Source of the DNA: Parasitella parasitica NRRL 2501
Taxonomy: Eukaryota > Fungi > Mucoromycota
DNA length: 64,000 nucleotides
NCBI GenBank assembly: GCA_025201805.1
Contig: MU619314.1
Coordinates: forward strand, 62,001-126,000
Reading direction: 5' to 3'
Below are positions 1-12,573 of this stretch, piece after piece (the stretch's first letter is position 1; the number at the start of each line of letters is the position of its first letter). A program made the position numbers and the translations under genes. The notes under the pieces are model-generated. The model worked only from the letters and a program-made list of their open reading frames with translations. It had not been told where the DNA came from and did not search any database.

Positions 1-49
<49 letters not shown>
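1..49. repeat. poly-A homopolymer at window start
   Basis: Uninterrupted A run; may be truncated by the window or contig edge. Confidence 0.9.
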
Positions 50-51
<2 letters not shown>

Positions 52-781
52 TGTATACAAACAAAGATTAGGCATGATGATATTTGGTGGGAGAAATCTT
101 GACAATAGGTGCGCATAGTAAAATGCCCAACATGAAAGTTACTCTTTCCAGTAGAGTAACCATCGATTATCGCCCAGAGCTGTAAAAAAAAAACAGGGAG
201 ATTTGGTGCTATCCAACATCACGATGTGTAGGTTCTTTTATGTCCAAGGACTTTTCAACAGTGAGGAGCCACAGATAAAAAGTAACCACATGCCAAAGGA
301 TCTGCATTACTGTAATACCGATTTTTTTTTATTACGCACACTCCATTTTGCGAAAAGGAAACGGCATGTTTAATGTTAATGCTTGAACAGCGGCAGAGAG
401 TAATTTTGTCTGACTAGATCAAGTTCAACGTTTAGGCTGCGATAGATGAGTCTGAGCAATTGTGAGAGACACCACCCAAATCATGCCAAGCAAACTGTAA
501 AGTTTAGATATTGGCTCTGTGTTGATTCGAGGGGGTTTGACTTTTGGCCCAAAGTCCTGACCTCACCCTCTAATCAAAGATAGTTATAGCAATACTCGAT
601 ACTTTTGAAATAAACACGCTTTAGCCTTCAAAACTTGAGAATCCAAAAACGTTCTCCTGGCAAGTTTGCTTGGAGATGTTATATGGCTTTTTTTCGTATC
701 ACGGTATATTATGTGACCGCAGGATGTCTTCAGCTGTTTCTTCTCTTTACCGTATCGCCTTTGGTAACAAAAAAAAAGCGC

Positions 782-1900
782 ATGAACACAGAAGAGATAA
801 ACAGCATAGCCCGCAAACTAACGCAACAATGGACAAGTCTTATTAAAAGCCGAATGCAAGCACCACCAAATGCCCAAGAAAAAGCTTTTATGAGGCAATT
901 GGAAACCAACGGCGGCGTCGTGTTTCAATACGAAAATCAGGAGCTACTGGTAAGGATATGGCTCAAATATTCAGCGTGTGCGTAATTTGATGGTGTATGC
1001 ATCAGAACAAGGCACTGGAACTGATACCACTACAGCGACTCTATGAAGAAGCTGAAGTCAGTCTGGAAGAGCAAGCCGGCGAAGGATCCCTGGAAGATTT
1101 AGTTATTCAAAGACTATTGCATTGGTTTAAGAACGAGTTCTTTATGTGGGTGAATCACCCGCCTTGTGATTACTGTCAAAACGTAGGCGAATAAGCATGT
1201 TTATGAAAGAAAGAGAAACTGACGTTCTTCTATCAGACGCAAACTCGCGGAATCAATCGGTTGCAGCCCACACATGAAGAGTTGCGCTTTGGTGCAGGAA
1301 TGGTAGAAGGGTATCACTGCCCATCGTGCGATCGGGTTACACGTTTTCCTCGCTACAAGTAAATTAATGAGTGTATAATTTCGCCACGAGCTAATATATA
1401 TGTATATATATTTGCAGTGATCCTGGCAGATTGCTCGAAACTAGACGAGGGCGTTGTGGAGAATGGGCTAATGTATACGATGGCAAGATAAACGAGATAA
1501 ATATACTGAAAACAAAGAGATATTTAGTGCTTTACATTGTGCTGCCGAGCGGTTGGTTCTGAGGCTCGTATTGTGTACGATACAACAGACCATGTATGGA
1601 CAGAAGTATATTCTGAATACGAACAACGATGGATTCATTGTGATTCATGCGAGGAGGCATGGGACAGAGTAGGTTTAAATGAGACATGTGCATCGCGCTG
1701 GTGGCTAACAGATGATGAGAAACTGTAGCCTTTGCTTTATAGTGTAGGATGGAGCAAGCAACTAAGTTACTGCACAGCCTTCTCAATCGATGAAGCGCTC
1801 GATGTGACGAAAAGATACACTAGAAACTGGCCGCAAGTGCTAAAGAGGCGCACTAAAATACACGAAGCAAGGTTGGCTATGGTGAGTTGGTGTCATGATC

Positions 1901-1932
<32 letters not shown>

Positions 1933-3161
1933 GATATTAATCATCATTTGGATCAGTTTTTGGAGGAATTGACAGCTAAACGTCAACAGCACTTGGATCA
2001 GCATAGGAAAGATATTATAAGCCAGAGACAGGCAAAGGAGCTGATCCAATTGGACCAAGATTGCAAGAAAGGTACCGTCAAAGACGATGAAATGATGGGC
2101 AGACAAAGTGGTAAAAGTTAAACAAATAGTATTTATGGTTATAATATTGATGAAATTGGCCAAAAGGATCCTTGGCATGGCGTGCAGCACGAGGTGAGAC
2201 AGGAGGAGCAGCAACTACAGAGAACCTCATGACTCAAATGGACCTCAATGGCTGTGGTAATTCTCTACACTATCTATTATGCGAGCTATCCATCTAACGG
2301 CTGTCTAGAGAAGCAAAAAATCCAGACAAAATATACGCTCTCGGGACATGCGATTATGCAGTGCGATAGCCAATCATTCATCCCTGATGTTCCGTATATT
2401 CGCATCACAGAAGCAAAGTCGGACCAGCGAGGTAGCGTGTATTGCAAGCAAACAATCCAACTCGACAGCCGACTCCAAGGCATAGAAATTGAGTTTGCGT
2501 TTCGCATTACCGACGCAAATGGCGGGAGCGCTGTGAATGGAGCAGATGGATTCGCATTTGTTATTCAGGCACAAAACGAGCATGCGCTTGGAGGTGGTGG
2601 GTGCGAGCTGGGCTATGGCGGTATTATGAATAGGTAGCATCGTACACTAAAATATGCCAACGTCTGCTTTTTTTGGTACTAATACACTTGTTGGCTCTAT
2701 AGCCTGGCTGTCGAATTCGACACGTATAAAAGGTATCAAAACATACATTGTTTGTTTATTCATGACATTGTTTATTTACATGCAGCATTATTTTTAGCTC
2801 AGATAGATGCGAGGATCCATCGGATAATCATATCAGTGTTCACGGGAGACTACCGCCTTTGGGTAACTCGAGCCATCAAAATTTTTCATTAGGGCACACT
2901 GTACGTATCCCTCGTTTGAATTGTGGGCAATGGATAAAATCAAAGATCAGGCTATTACGCAGTGGTACAATCGAAGTAGGTTTAGCAGAAGCTGCTGATA
3001 GAGATTATATTCAGGTCCTGAAAATTAGCAATCAAAATTTTATGGACTATTTGATGCCCAAAGAGAAGGCGTGGGTAGGGTTTACAGCTAGCACTGGTGG
3101 GCTTTCAGAAAATCATGATGTGCAACTGATTTCTTCATTTGAATTCACTGGCGATAATTAA
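782..3161 (+). CDS. PNG1: Peptide:N-glycanase (transglutaminase-like core) with C-terminal legume/ConA-type (L-type) lectin domain; multi-exon
   Basis: Spliced reading gives [14 protein letters not shown], Zn pairs CDYC and CPSC, RFPRYN, and the triad motifs [20 protein letters not shown] and WIHCDSCE, then YSVGWSK and DVTKRY. C-terminal exons carry [18 protein letters not shown] and [15 protein letters not shown] introns join the listed ORF fragments. Confidence 0.93.
1901..1932. repeat. (AG)n microsatellite in a PNG1 intron
   Basis: agagagacagagagagagagagagagagagag lies inside the intron that starts gtgagt at about 1882. Confidence 0.85.
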
Positions 3162-3671
3162 TATAAAAACTGAGGATGATATTCACTGTTATTACACCAC
3201 ATATAATAGTAAAAATAAAAAAAAAGGGGGGGGGGTTGCTCACTCTCACTCTCACTCTCTTATACAGTTTTTGTCAAACCTTTCCGTTGCACAGAACTGT
3301 AGATCAGAAAATCACATCTTTTTTCTTTATTCGAAACCATGTAGAGTGTTATGAGATACCGTATATCACAGGCAGCCATGATGCTTCTCCTTGGTTGATA
3401 TTCGTATTTACAAAAGCGTCTTTTCAGTGATGGTGGAAATCCTATGGCGGGTGTATATTTCTATTATTATATCCCTGTCGAATATATCAAGATGCATCCC
3501 TTACAAGTTTGTACTTGTAATAACTTATTTTTTACTCCCTTCTTTCCCCTTTTTTCCAGTGTATACTCTCGCAAAAGTAGTAAGGGATATATGATAAACA
3601 AAGAATAATGCTATAAACCCTTTTTTTTTCTTTTCTTCTTGTCTCCGTTTCTTCTCTTTCATACACAAAAA

Positions 3672-4767
3672 ATGCGTCTCTACATTTTATATTTTGTACT
3701 AGTAGTGTATGTTATTTTGACTGATGCCAGGGTCGACTATATAAAAAGAGGTAAATACAGTAAAAAGAAAAAAGTGACAAGTCATACAGGGCAAATGTGC
3801 TAACCTCTATCCATAGCCGAAGAACCAGGTATATAACCAGAATTTTCTGCTACCGAATATATCAGCAAGATATTGAATTTATATGTATAGGTAGTGCACA
3901 GCCAACTGCAGCCGCTCCTCCACCACAAGCATCTGAAAACAACAATCCACAACCACAGCCAGCCAGCACAGCTACAGCAGTAGTAACAGCACAAACCAAC
4001 TCGGGTGGACCACCTGCTGGCGGCAGTTTGCCTCAGCAACAGCAACCCGGTGGAAGCGGGCCTGTGAACACAGCGTTATCGCCAGCCAGTAATGGCACTC
4101 AAGCGAATGCAACACAATCTGCCCCACCTAACAATGCAAATCCATTTGCTGGCAAACCCACCTTTGCTTCTTTCTCAAATGATATCCCACCTGCTTATTT
4201 GACCTGGAAAAAGCCTATCCCCAACCAGACGTTTCCTCCACTTTATAAGATTGGCGTTTCCAACATGTCGTTTGAATGGACTGTAGACCCAAATGTGCTC
4301 AAAGTGCAACCCGCTAACCTTACCGTTGCTCTCGCTAACCCTCAAAAACAAACATTCACAGCGGCTATTGTCCCTGGTACAGCAACTTCCGCAAACTGGG
4401 ACTTGGCTCATCTTCCACCTGGATCGCCATTGATGGTGGGATACTACACAGTGTGGGTGTATGATCAAAGAGGGCCCAAAGCATTCCCTAGCCCTGGCTG
4501 GTTAATGCCTGATTCAAGACTGGTCGTTGCCATGTACTCTACAGAAGCATATGTAGGACGCACAGACTGTGAGTTTTTTTTTTTTTTTTTTGGTTATTTT
4601 GTCATTTTTTGGTATTCGAACCTAACATCATTACTATAGCCATGTTCTGCCCTACGTGTTATTTAGGCGCTGGCGGGTCTTTCCGCGAATCATTCCTGCC
4701 GTTGATCACAGCATTCGGTGTAGCCGCAGTAACTTCAGTAGTCATGTTGATTGGAATTCTCAATTAA
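3672..4767 (+). CDS. Secreted or C-terminally membrane/GPI-anchored fungal protein with Pro/Gln/Thr-rich linker and a beta-rich domain
   Basis: Signal peptide MRLYIFIFVLVVYVILTDA followed by a KR site. Low-complexity linker, LYKIG..FEW domain, CPTC motif and hydrophobic tail (FLPLITAFGVAAVTSVVMLIGILN*). Three introns, including a 12-nt exon at 3817-3828. Confidence 0.75.
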
Positions 4768-5234
4768 TTATACTAGTAATACCACGCATATTTTGTACAC
4801 AATCCCTCCCCTTTTACATCTGGAATAATAAACACAGACTCTTTCATATTATATACATATTTTGATTGCAAGCGATAGACACAGATGCATTTGATCCCAA
4901 TCAAGAAAGAGTCTCCCCTGCACACGCGGAATTCTCAGCATATTTTGTTTCAACAATATAGAATATGCCCATCTCTTGCCCGTCATTCTTTAAACAAATG
5001 ACAAGTCAAAAGGTAGCAGTAGAAGAGGAGCGTTTTTTTTTGTAGCTGCTAGTGCAAGTATAACGGGTATATGGTTAATTCACCCAACTTCTTTTCTGTT
5101 GGATGACATGAAACCCAAGCGTGGTTTCGGTTACGTGTGCTAATATTAGGTGCCATACTATTGCATTTTCCACATATCCAAAATATGTTGCGAACTATAA
5201 AGTTTTCCCACTATTTTTTTTTTTTTTTTTTTTT

Positions 5235-5244
5235 NNNNNNNNNN
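5235..5244. other. Assembly gap (10 N) inside a poly-T tract
   Basis: Run of N. Confidence 0.99.
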
Positions 5245-5755
5245 TTTTTTTTTTTTTTTACTTGAGAAAAAATAAAGACAACATTGTTTGAAAGAATGTG
5301 GAACTAATGTTTATCAAAATAGAGATTCTACTTATAAGGTATTGGAACCCCAACAAATACGGCGAATGATTTTCGGTTGATTTGGAAATAACACTCATAC
5401 CAAATATTAATTAAACATTCTATCGCCTCATGATTATATTGTACCGTTTGCTATAGACAATGATGGCCTCACAAGTATACTATGCCTACATAATGTTGAT
5501 ACAGGATTAAACAAATTGTCAGATGGCGGAAACGGTTACAATGATGATGATGATGCCAAGTGTCAGCATTTGAGACATCACCTAACAAAATCCAAAAAAA
5601 AAAAAAAAAGATCTACACTCATCAGCGGAATTTCAGCCATATTCGCAATGTAAAAATGCACAGAAAAAGTATATAAATATCCAAGGTATACCGCCCATCT
5701 TTCTTTTTATCTTCTTCTTTGCAAATCAATTTAGCTCACCTATCTATTCTACATA

Positions 5756-7056
5756 ATGAAAGCACTTATTCTTGTTGGAGGTACGTTGATGAGAACATGT
5801 AGCACTGGTGTGTATTCGTCAATTAACCAGCATTGCATCAGGTTTCGGTACCCGCCTTAGACCCCTCACTCTCACCCTTCCAAAGCCTCTTGTAGAATTT
5901 GCCAACAAGCCCATGATCCTTCATCAAATTGAAAGCCTCGCAAAGGTAAAAAAAAAAAAAAATCACCATTTAGTGTTCAAATTGAGTTTGTGATTGATGT
6001 CATTTTACAAACTACATTAGGCTGGTGTAACTGATATCGTCTTGGCTGTCAATTACCGCCCTGAAATCATGGTCGCTGCTTTACAGGAATATGAAGCTAT
6101 TTATAACGTCAAGATCACTTTCTCCGTTGAAACAGAGCCTCTAGGAACGGCTGGCCCCTTGGCTCTGGCTCGTGAGATCCTAGCCAAAGACGACTCGCCC
6201 TTCTTTGTCCTCAATAGTGATATCATCTGCGATTTCCCATTCGAGCAACTGAGAGACTTCCATTTGTCTCACGGCTGCCAAGGCACCATTGCGGTAACAA
6301 AAGTCGACGACCCCTCCAAATACGGTGTCGTCGTTAACAAGCCAGGCTCGTCCAGAATTAGCAGATTCGTTGAGAAGCCCCAGGAATTCATTTCGAACAA
6401 GATCAATGCCGGTATGTACATTTTGAGCCCTTCCGTTCTGGATCGCATTGAGGTATGTTTGTGTATTTATGCATCTTTTTGAAATTGTTGTCGAATGATG
6501 GAACTGACATGTGCTTCATATATAGCTGAAGCCTACTTCCATTGAAAAGGAAGTGTTCCCTCTCATCGCCCAAGCCGGCCAGCTGCACACGTTTGATCTT
6601 GATGGGTTCTGGATGGATGTCGGCCAACCCAAGGATTTCTTGACTGGTACCTGTCTTTATTTGTCTCATTTAGCAAAGAAGCAGCCTGAACACCTTGCAA
6701 ACCCCACTCTGGAGTTTATTCATAAGGGCAATGTCATGGTGCATCCCTCTGCCAAAATTGGCAAGGATTGTCGCATTGGCCCCAATGTCGTTGTCGGCCC
6801 CAATGTAGTCATCGGTGATGGTGTTCGTCTCCAACGCTGTGTGATTTTGGAAGGTGTTCAGATAAAGGACTTTGCTTGGGTCAACTCCAGCATCATCGGC
6901 TGGCATTCTTCAGTAGGTCGCTGGTCTCGTATTGAAGGATGCTCGGTCCTGGGAGACGATGTAACCGTCAATGACGAAATTTATATTAACGGTGGTTCTA
7001 TTTTACCTCACAAAGGCATCTCTGCCAACATTACTGAGCCCAAGATCGTTATGTAA
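5756..7056 (+). CDS. PSA1: Mannose-1-phosphate guanylyltransferase (GDP-mannose pyrophosphorylase)
   Basis: MKALILVG|[49 protein letters not shown], and C-terminal hexapeptide repeats ([14 protein letters not shown]). Three introns. Confidence 0.97.
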
Positions 7057-7303
7057 ATTATCAAAAACTCCATGCCTTCTTCTACTATACATACTATTCG
7101 CCTATTAATCGTTATTTTTTTTTTTTTTTTGTTTTTATTTATTCATTACAAGTTTCCTTTTCCTAAATTCATACAAATACGAATAAATAAACTATTATTT
7201 TTCAATGCTTCAGCTCATACAAAATCAAACAGCGTTTTTGAAAATGGAATTAATAAAAAAGAATTCTACAATAGAGATGGTTCATTGCTTTTATTTTACA
7301 AAT

Positions 7304-10300
7304 TTACTGGAAATGACCCGTATTATTATTATTACTATTGTAAGTCGGGGCAGCTGTGTTTAATGGGCGAATTTCTTGAAAAAAGGGAGTTGGTCGTAGT
7401 TGATTTGCAGTATTTGGCGAAACGGCGGCGGCGGCAGCGGCGGCAGCGGCAGCAGCAGCAGCAGCAGTAATAATGACAGGAGCAGGGGCCGGTGATGCAA
7501 CAGGAGCCGGTGAAATACTCGGATAATTAGGTTTTGGTCGAAGCTCGATTTTGCGTTCAAAATAAGTATTGAACGTACTTGTGCCATATGCAGCAAGCGT
7601 ATTCAAGTCGTGTCTCTTTTTGACATGGCTCTCCTTCAGACTAGCAAACTCTTCGGCTTTCGTTTCGGGATCAGGTATAAGCATTTCGAGCTCGCGAATT
7701 CTTGCTTCATAATAAACTTCATTTTCGTAAAAATTGATGTAGCCGTGAATTACTTGGTGTAAAGTGTTGTTGAGTCGTTCATTGTAGAAAGCAAACTTCA
7801 AATGGAATCTATCTGTTGCGACCAGTTGCGGCATGCCCTGCTTAAGCTCGTTGATGTATTCTTGATCCATCTTGTCCTTTGAAAATTGATGCACAAGTCT
7901 CCACATTTCAGAAAGCTTTGCGTTCTTTGAATCTATGTATTGAGCAGTTGGCGCATTCAGCGTAGTGGGATGTTCAGCCCTGTACTTGTTGATGATATCG
8001 AGGATTCCGGGCAGAACAATACTGTTCCACAGCTGTTCCTGATAGCCAGATGGGATGATCCAGTCCCATTCCGATAGAGCCACCTGCTTTGGTAGGACTT
8101 GAGGCTGCATTTCAAGTACTCGTTTACGTTGCGCCTCCTCCTTCAAAGCTCCCATCTGCTGTTTTTGTGCAGGTGTCATCAATGCCAAGAGTGCTGTTTC
8201 TATCTCCTTTTTCGACTTTTTTTGTCTCTTCGAAGGCTGTTGCTGACCGTCATCAAGCTTAGTCTTCTTTACCGGTTTTTGGGCAGTTAAAGCTGGCTTC
8301 TGAGCTTCAGGATCATTAGGTACACCATCGTCTTCGCTCTCGCTTTCATGGAATAAGATAAATTCTTCATCCACTGTTGGTTTTTTGTCCTTTGCCTTTT
8401 CCAAGGACGCTGATTTGTTTGTGCTTGATTCAGCATACGACTACAAGACAAAGTGAGCATCATTTAGTACGGGAATTCAGGGCAACAAGCAACAAGCAAC
8501 AAGCGACAAGCAGCAAGCAACAAGCAACAAGCAACAAGCAACAAATGGCTTACCACAGCAGTTCTCTTACGGCCACCTCTGCCCATTCTCAATTCAGCTT
8601 CACGTTTCTCCTTCTTCTTCTGCTCCTTTTGGGCCTGTTGTTCCATCAAGAACTTTTCCCAAAAGTCCGTTTCATTTTCTTTGGATGTCTCGCTCACTTC
8701 AAGCTCTTCAGTAGTACCGTCTGCCCGCCAGACCTTGGCATACGAGAAATTCATCATATTTTGGTCCTTTTCAATGCCTTCCAGCTCCTCGACTTCCTTG
8801 ATTTGTAATTCAGTAGCTGCCTCGCGATACTGTTCACGATCTAATAAATTGTCTATGGCCGTTTCGTCGTAGCGAATGTCTTTGGAGTCGTCATCGTCAA
8901 ACAGGGCCTCTGTGCCGAATTTAAGAATAGACTCGAGGTCCTCAATCTGCTCCTCCTCCTCAGCCTTCATTCTTTCCACAACAACGTGTTCTAACGCCAT
9001 CTTCTTCTTGCCAATCTGCAAGATCTTTTCTTCAACGGAGAAACGCGTCATGAAGCGATAAATGATGACCATGTTGGCCTGGCCGATACGATGCGCACGG
9101 CTGATGGCTTGCAGATCAGCGTAAGGGTTAAAGTCAGAGTCCCAGATGATCACGGTATCAGCAGTGGCCAAGTTGATACCAACACCACCAGCACGCGTAG
9201 ACAGTAAAAAGACGTTGATTTTTGAGTTTGGAGCATTGAATGCATCAATCGCCTTGACACGGTGTGTCTCCTTGGTGCTGCCGTCAATACGAACGTACTT
9301 GACCAACTCGTAGTCCAGGTAATCTTCGATGATGTCCAAGTTTCGGGTCATTGTCGAGAAAATCAGAACGCGATGGCCTTGCTCTAGGATTTTAGGCAAC
9401 ATCTGATGGAACAGCTTGAGTTTGCCGCAGGCTTCAATCATGGATTTCTGAACATCTTCGGCCGAGGGCTGCTCCAACTCAACACCGGCCAGCAGATAAG
9501 GATGATTCAATGTTTTTCTAAGGTTGGTAAAGATGCTACTCAGTCCTTTTTGTCGTTTTGTGCCGGTTGCTTCCGTCAACGTTTCCACAATCTCCTTGCT
9601 CAAACAAAGCTTGTACACTTCCTTTTGCAACGGCGTCATAGTGACGGGGACTATCAGCTCGTATTTGGGAGGCAGCTTCTTCAAAACCTCCTGCTTTGTC
9701 CGTCTCAGGAAATAAGGCTTCAGCCGCGAATGCAATTCTTCTATTTGTGGTCTAGTCATCTCTTCGTAATGGTCTGCTTCGTCGCCCTGAAATTCTTTGG
9801 GCTGGATAAAGTGCATAATGTTGAAAAGCTCTCGCAGTCTATTCTGCAGTGGGGTACCGGTAAGCAGCACAATGTGATCCACCTTTAATCGTGCCAAGGT
9901 CTTGAATAGCAAAGATTCGTCATTTTTGAGTCTTTGGGATTCATCGACAATAAGCACAGGCCAGAAAACGTCGTGCAGCTTGGACGATTCACAAGAAGAT
10001 TCATACGTAGAAATCACAACATGGCACTTTAGCTGGCCCTTTGAATCAAATATTTCGTTGTCCAAGGCTAGCTTACGGGCTTGGCTTTGACCAAAGTAAG
10101 GAACAACGATCAGTTCAGGTGCCCACTTTGTGAATTCTCGCACCCAGTTTGTTGCTGTACTATTGGGCACAACAATAAAGAAGGGATATATAACAAATTT
10201 GCGGTACAAGTAGTATAGAAATGATATAATTTGGATTGTTTTTCCCAACCCCATATCATCTGCTAAAATGCAAGGCTGGCTTTTCTCCCATTGATAAATA

Positions 10301-12084
10301 AGCCAACTGCCGTAAGAAAGAAAAAACATGAATACAACAAAAAAAAAAAAAAAAGCTTGAAACAAAAAGAGTGTATCTGAACTTACTTGAGCGCTTCAAT
10401 CTGGTGCTTCATCAGGGTACCACCTTTAATGAAATCAGGCTGCATCTTCAGTTCACGCGATTCATAGCTTTCTAATGTAGCTGCCGAACGAACATTGGCA
10501 ACGAGGCCTCTCATATTCTTGGGCGGTGTCACTTTGGAAGCTTGGATATATCGTTTCAAGGCGTTTTCGTAATCATCATAGAGCCTTTCATCCTCTTTTG
10601 GCGGCGGCTCGTCCCAGACGGCTGTCATTACAAGGAGAAAAAAAAAATCAATGTCGATTCTAGTAAATAACGCAATAAAAGGACATACCATCAGCATATT
10701 CGGTATCTTTAAACACTGCCAGCACCTTTTCAGCTTGCTCGTGTTTTTTATCAGCCCAAACAACATCCAAAATTCTATCAATGCACACTACATCTTCGGA
10801 AAGAGGGATGAGACCCTCCTTTTCCTTTCGCTTGATATAGGCACGGTGCAAAGTAGGCGCAAGGTTGGCGATCCATTTTGCAGACACCCAGCTGGCATGT
10901 CGGTACGACAAATCCTTCCATTTAACATAATATTCTAATCTGCCATCCACCTTTCTCTCGCCAGCAACAGCCTGGGGCTTCTTGTCTTTTAAAAAGGTGA
11001 CACACTCTATGCACTGTCCGCTGCGATACACATCCACCATATCCGCTGCTTTCATCTTTTCGCGTAGTTCCGATGAGGTGCCAGGTATAATACAATCATG
11101 GTGATATGAAGTGTTGCAGGTGACGCAGCGGAATGGGGTTATTGCAGCTCCTCTTGTCTTTAATATGCTGATGTCGCATCGGGAGCAGTTGAGGCTTCGA
11201 GCACACTTTAGACATTTTAAATTCTTTGTAACCTTGTCAATCATCTTGTAAGAGGATATACAATTGTTGTGCATGGCTACAGAGCAGGTTTGACATAGCA
11301 GTAGCCTAGTCCTTTTAGCCTGTAAACCAATCTCAATTTTATCATCCTTGCTGGAAGCGTCTGTGGCATTTCCTGTCCTGTAGCAACGAAGACAGTATTC
11401 AGAGTGATATTCCAGATATAGATCGTCTGTATACGGCTTTATGTAGACTGATACTGGTTTCTTTGGGGTGCGTTCCTCTCGTTGTTCAGGGTAAAACTCG
11501 TTTTTAAATGACCTGGGTTTAGCTGTCAATCTACCACGACTTGTCTGTCTGTTGCCTGTGGCTTCTTCTGAAGACTCACTGTCGATCTCAGAATCTATGT
11601 TGCTGTTGTCGTCAGAGTCCAGCTCGTCCTGGTAGTCATCCGATCCATCATTTTCTACTATCAAACGTGTGCTGCTCCGGGTTTTGGCTGCTTTCGTCCT
11701 TAATCTGGGACTTGGTTCCTTTCGATTGAGCGCTTCGAATTGCTGTACCAATGCTGAGTATTTTTCTTTCAAATCTTTCGATGGGACCTACTCGACATCC
11801 ACAAAAAAAAAAGAAAAAAAGGGGAGTTGTAGAAGGGGACATTGAAGATTACTGTATGTCCATCACTTGATATCTTACCTTCTTTATTTGACCATCTTTG
11901 AATTTTACCATGTAATCAAGTGTTCCGCTAGTCGATAATGAACTTTTGAGAATCTTTTTGATGGAAGGCTGATGACACCATGGCTCTACTTTCAACTGGA
12001 TTGGCTTGAACCTTTCTTTGGCAATCTAAATTCTGCTTAGCTGACGTTTCATTTAGTCAATTGTCGTCCTACCTTTGTTTTCAT
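7304..12084 (-). CDS. CHD/Mi-2 (Mit1-like) SNF2 chromatin remodeller: PHD-type Zn fingers, chromodomain(s), SNF2 ATPase/helicase C
   Basis: Cys/His fingers (CLRC..CQTC..H..C..CLKC and CSRC..CVTC..HHDC..CIEC), chromodomain YYVKWKDLSYRHASWV, Walker A ILADDMGLGKT, Walker B VDESQ, LTGTPLQN, STRAGGVGINL, QAISRAHRIGQ. ATG at 12084 followed by short exons. Confidence 0.92.
8482..8544. repeat. 7-bp tandem repeat (GCAACAA) x about 9 inside a CHD intron (8441-8553)
   Basis: gcaacaa gcaacaa gcaacaa gcgacaa gcagcaa gcaacaa gcaacaa gcaacaa gcaacaa read directly. Confidence 0.9.
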
Positions 12085-12446
12085 GTTGGTCGCGTAATTG
12101 AAATGAAAATGGGAAGGAATGGTTTAAATTTTTTGGTTTATTGAACCTCCTGTCCAGTCACAGAAAAACCAGCCTTTTTTTTTTGTAGGTCTACTATAAA
12201 AGGTGAAAGGAGTGAAGTAAAAATAGCTGCAATGTAATCCCATTGTGTTTGGATGTATGGTCAACTTGCGTTCCACCAGAAATCAGGGAGTACAACCTTA
12301 AATAAATAAATAAACTGATTAATAGCCCTTTTTTTTTTTTTGTTTTTCCTTTTCTCTTTCTTTCTTCTCAACCTCTCTCTCTCTTTTTTTTTTTTTTTTT
12401 ACATCTCCAAAAATCTTACATTTGTAAAAACACTTTTTTTTTGTAA

Positions 12447-12562
<116 letters not shown>

Positions 12563-12573
12563 AAAATTAAAAG

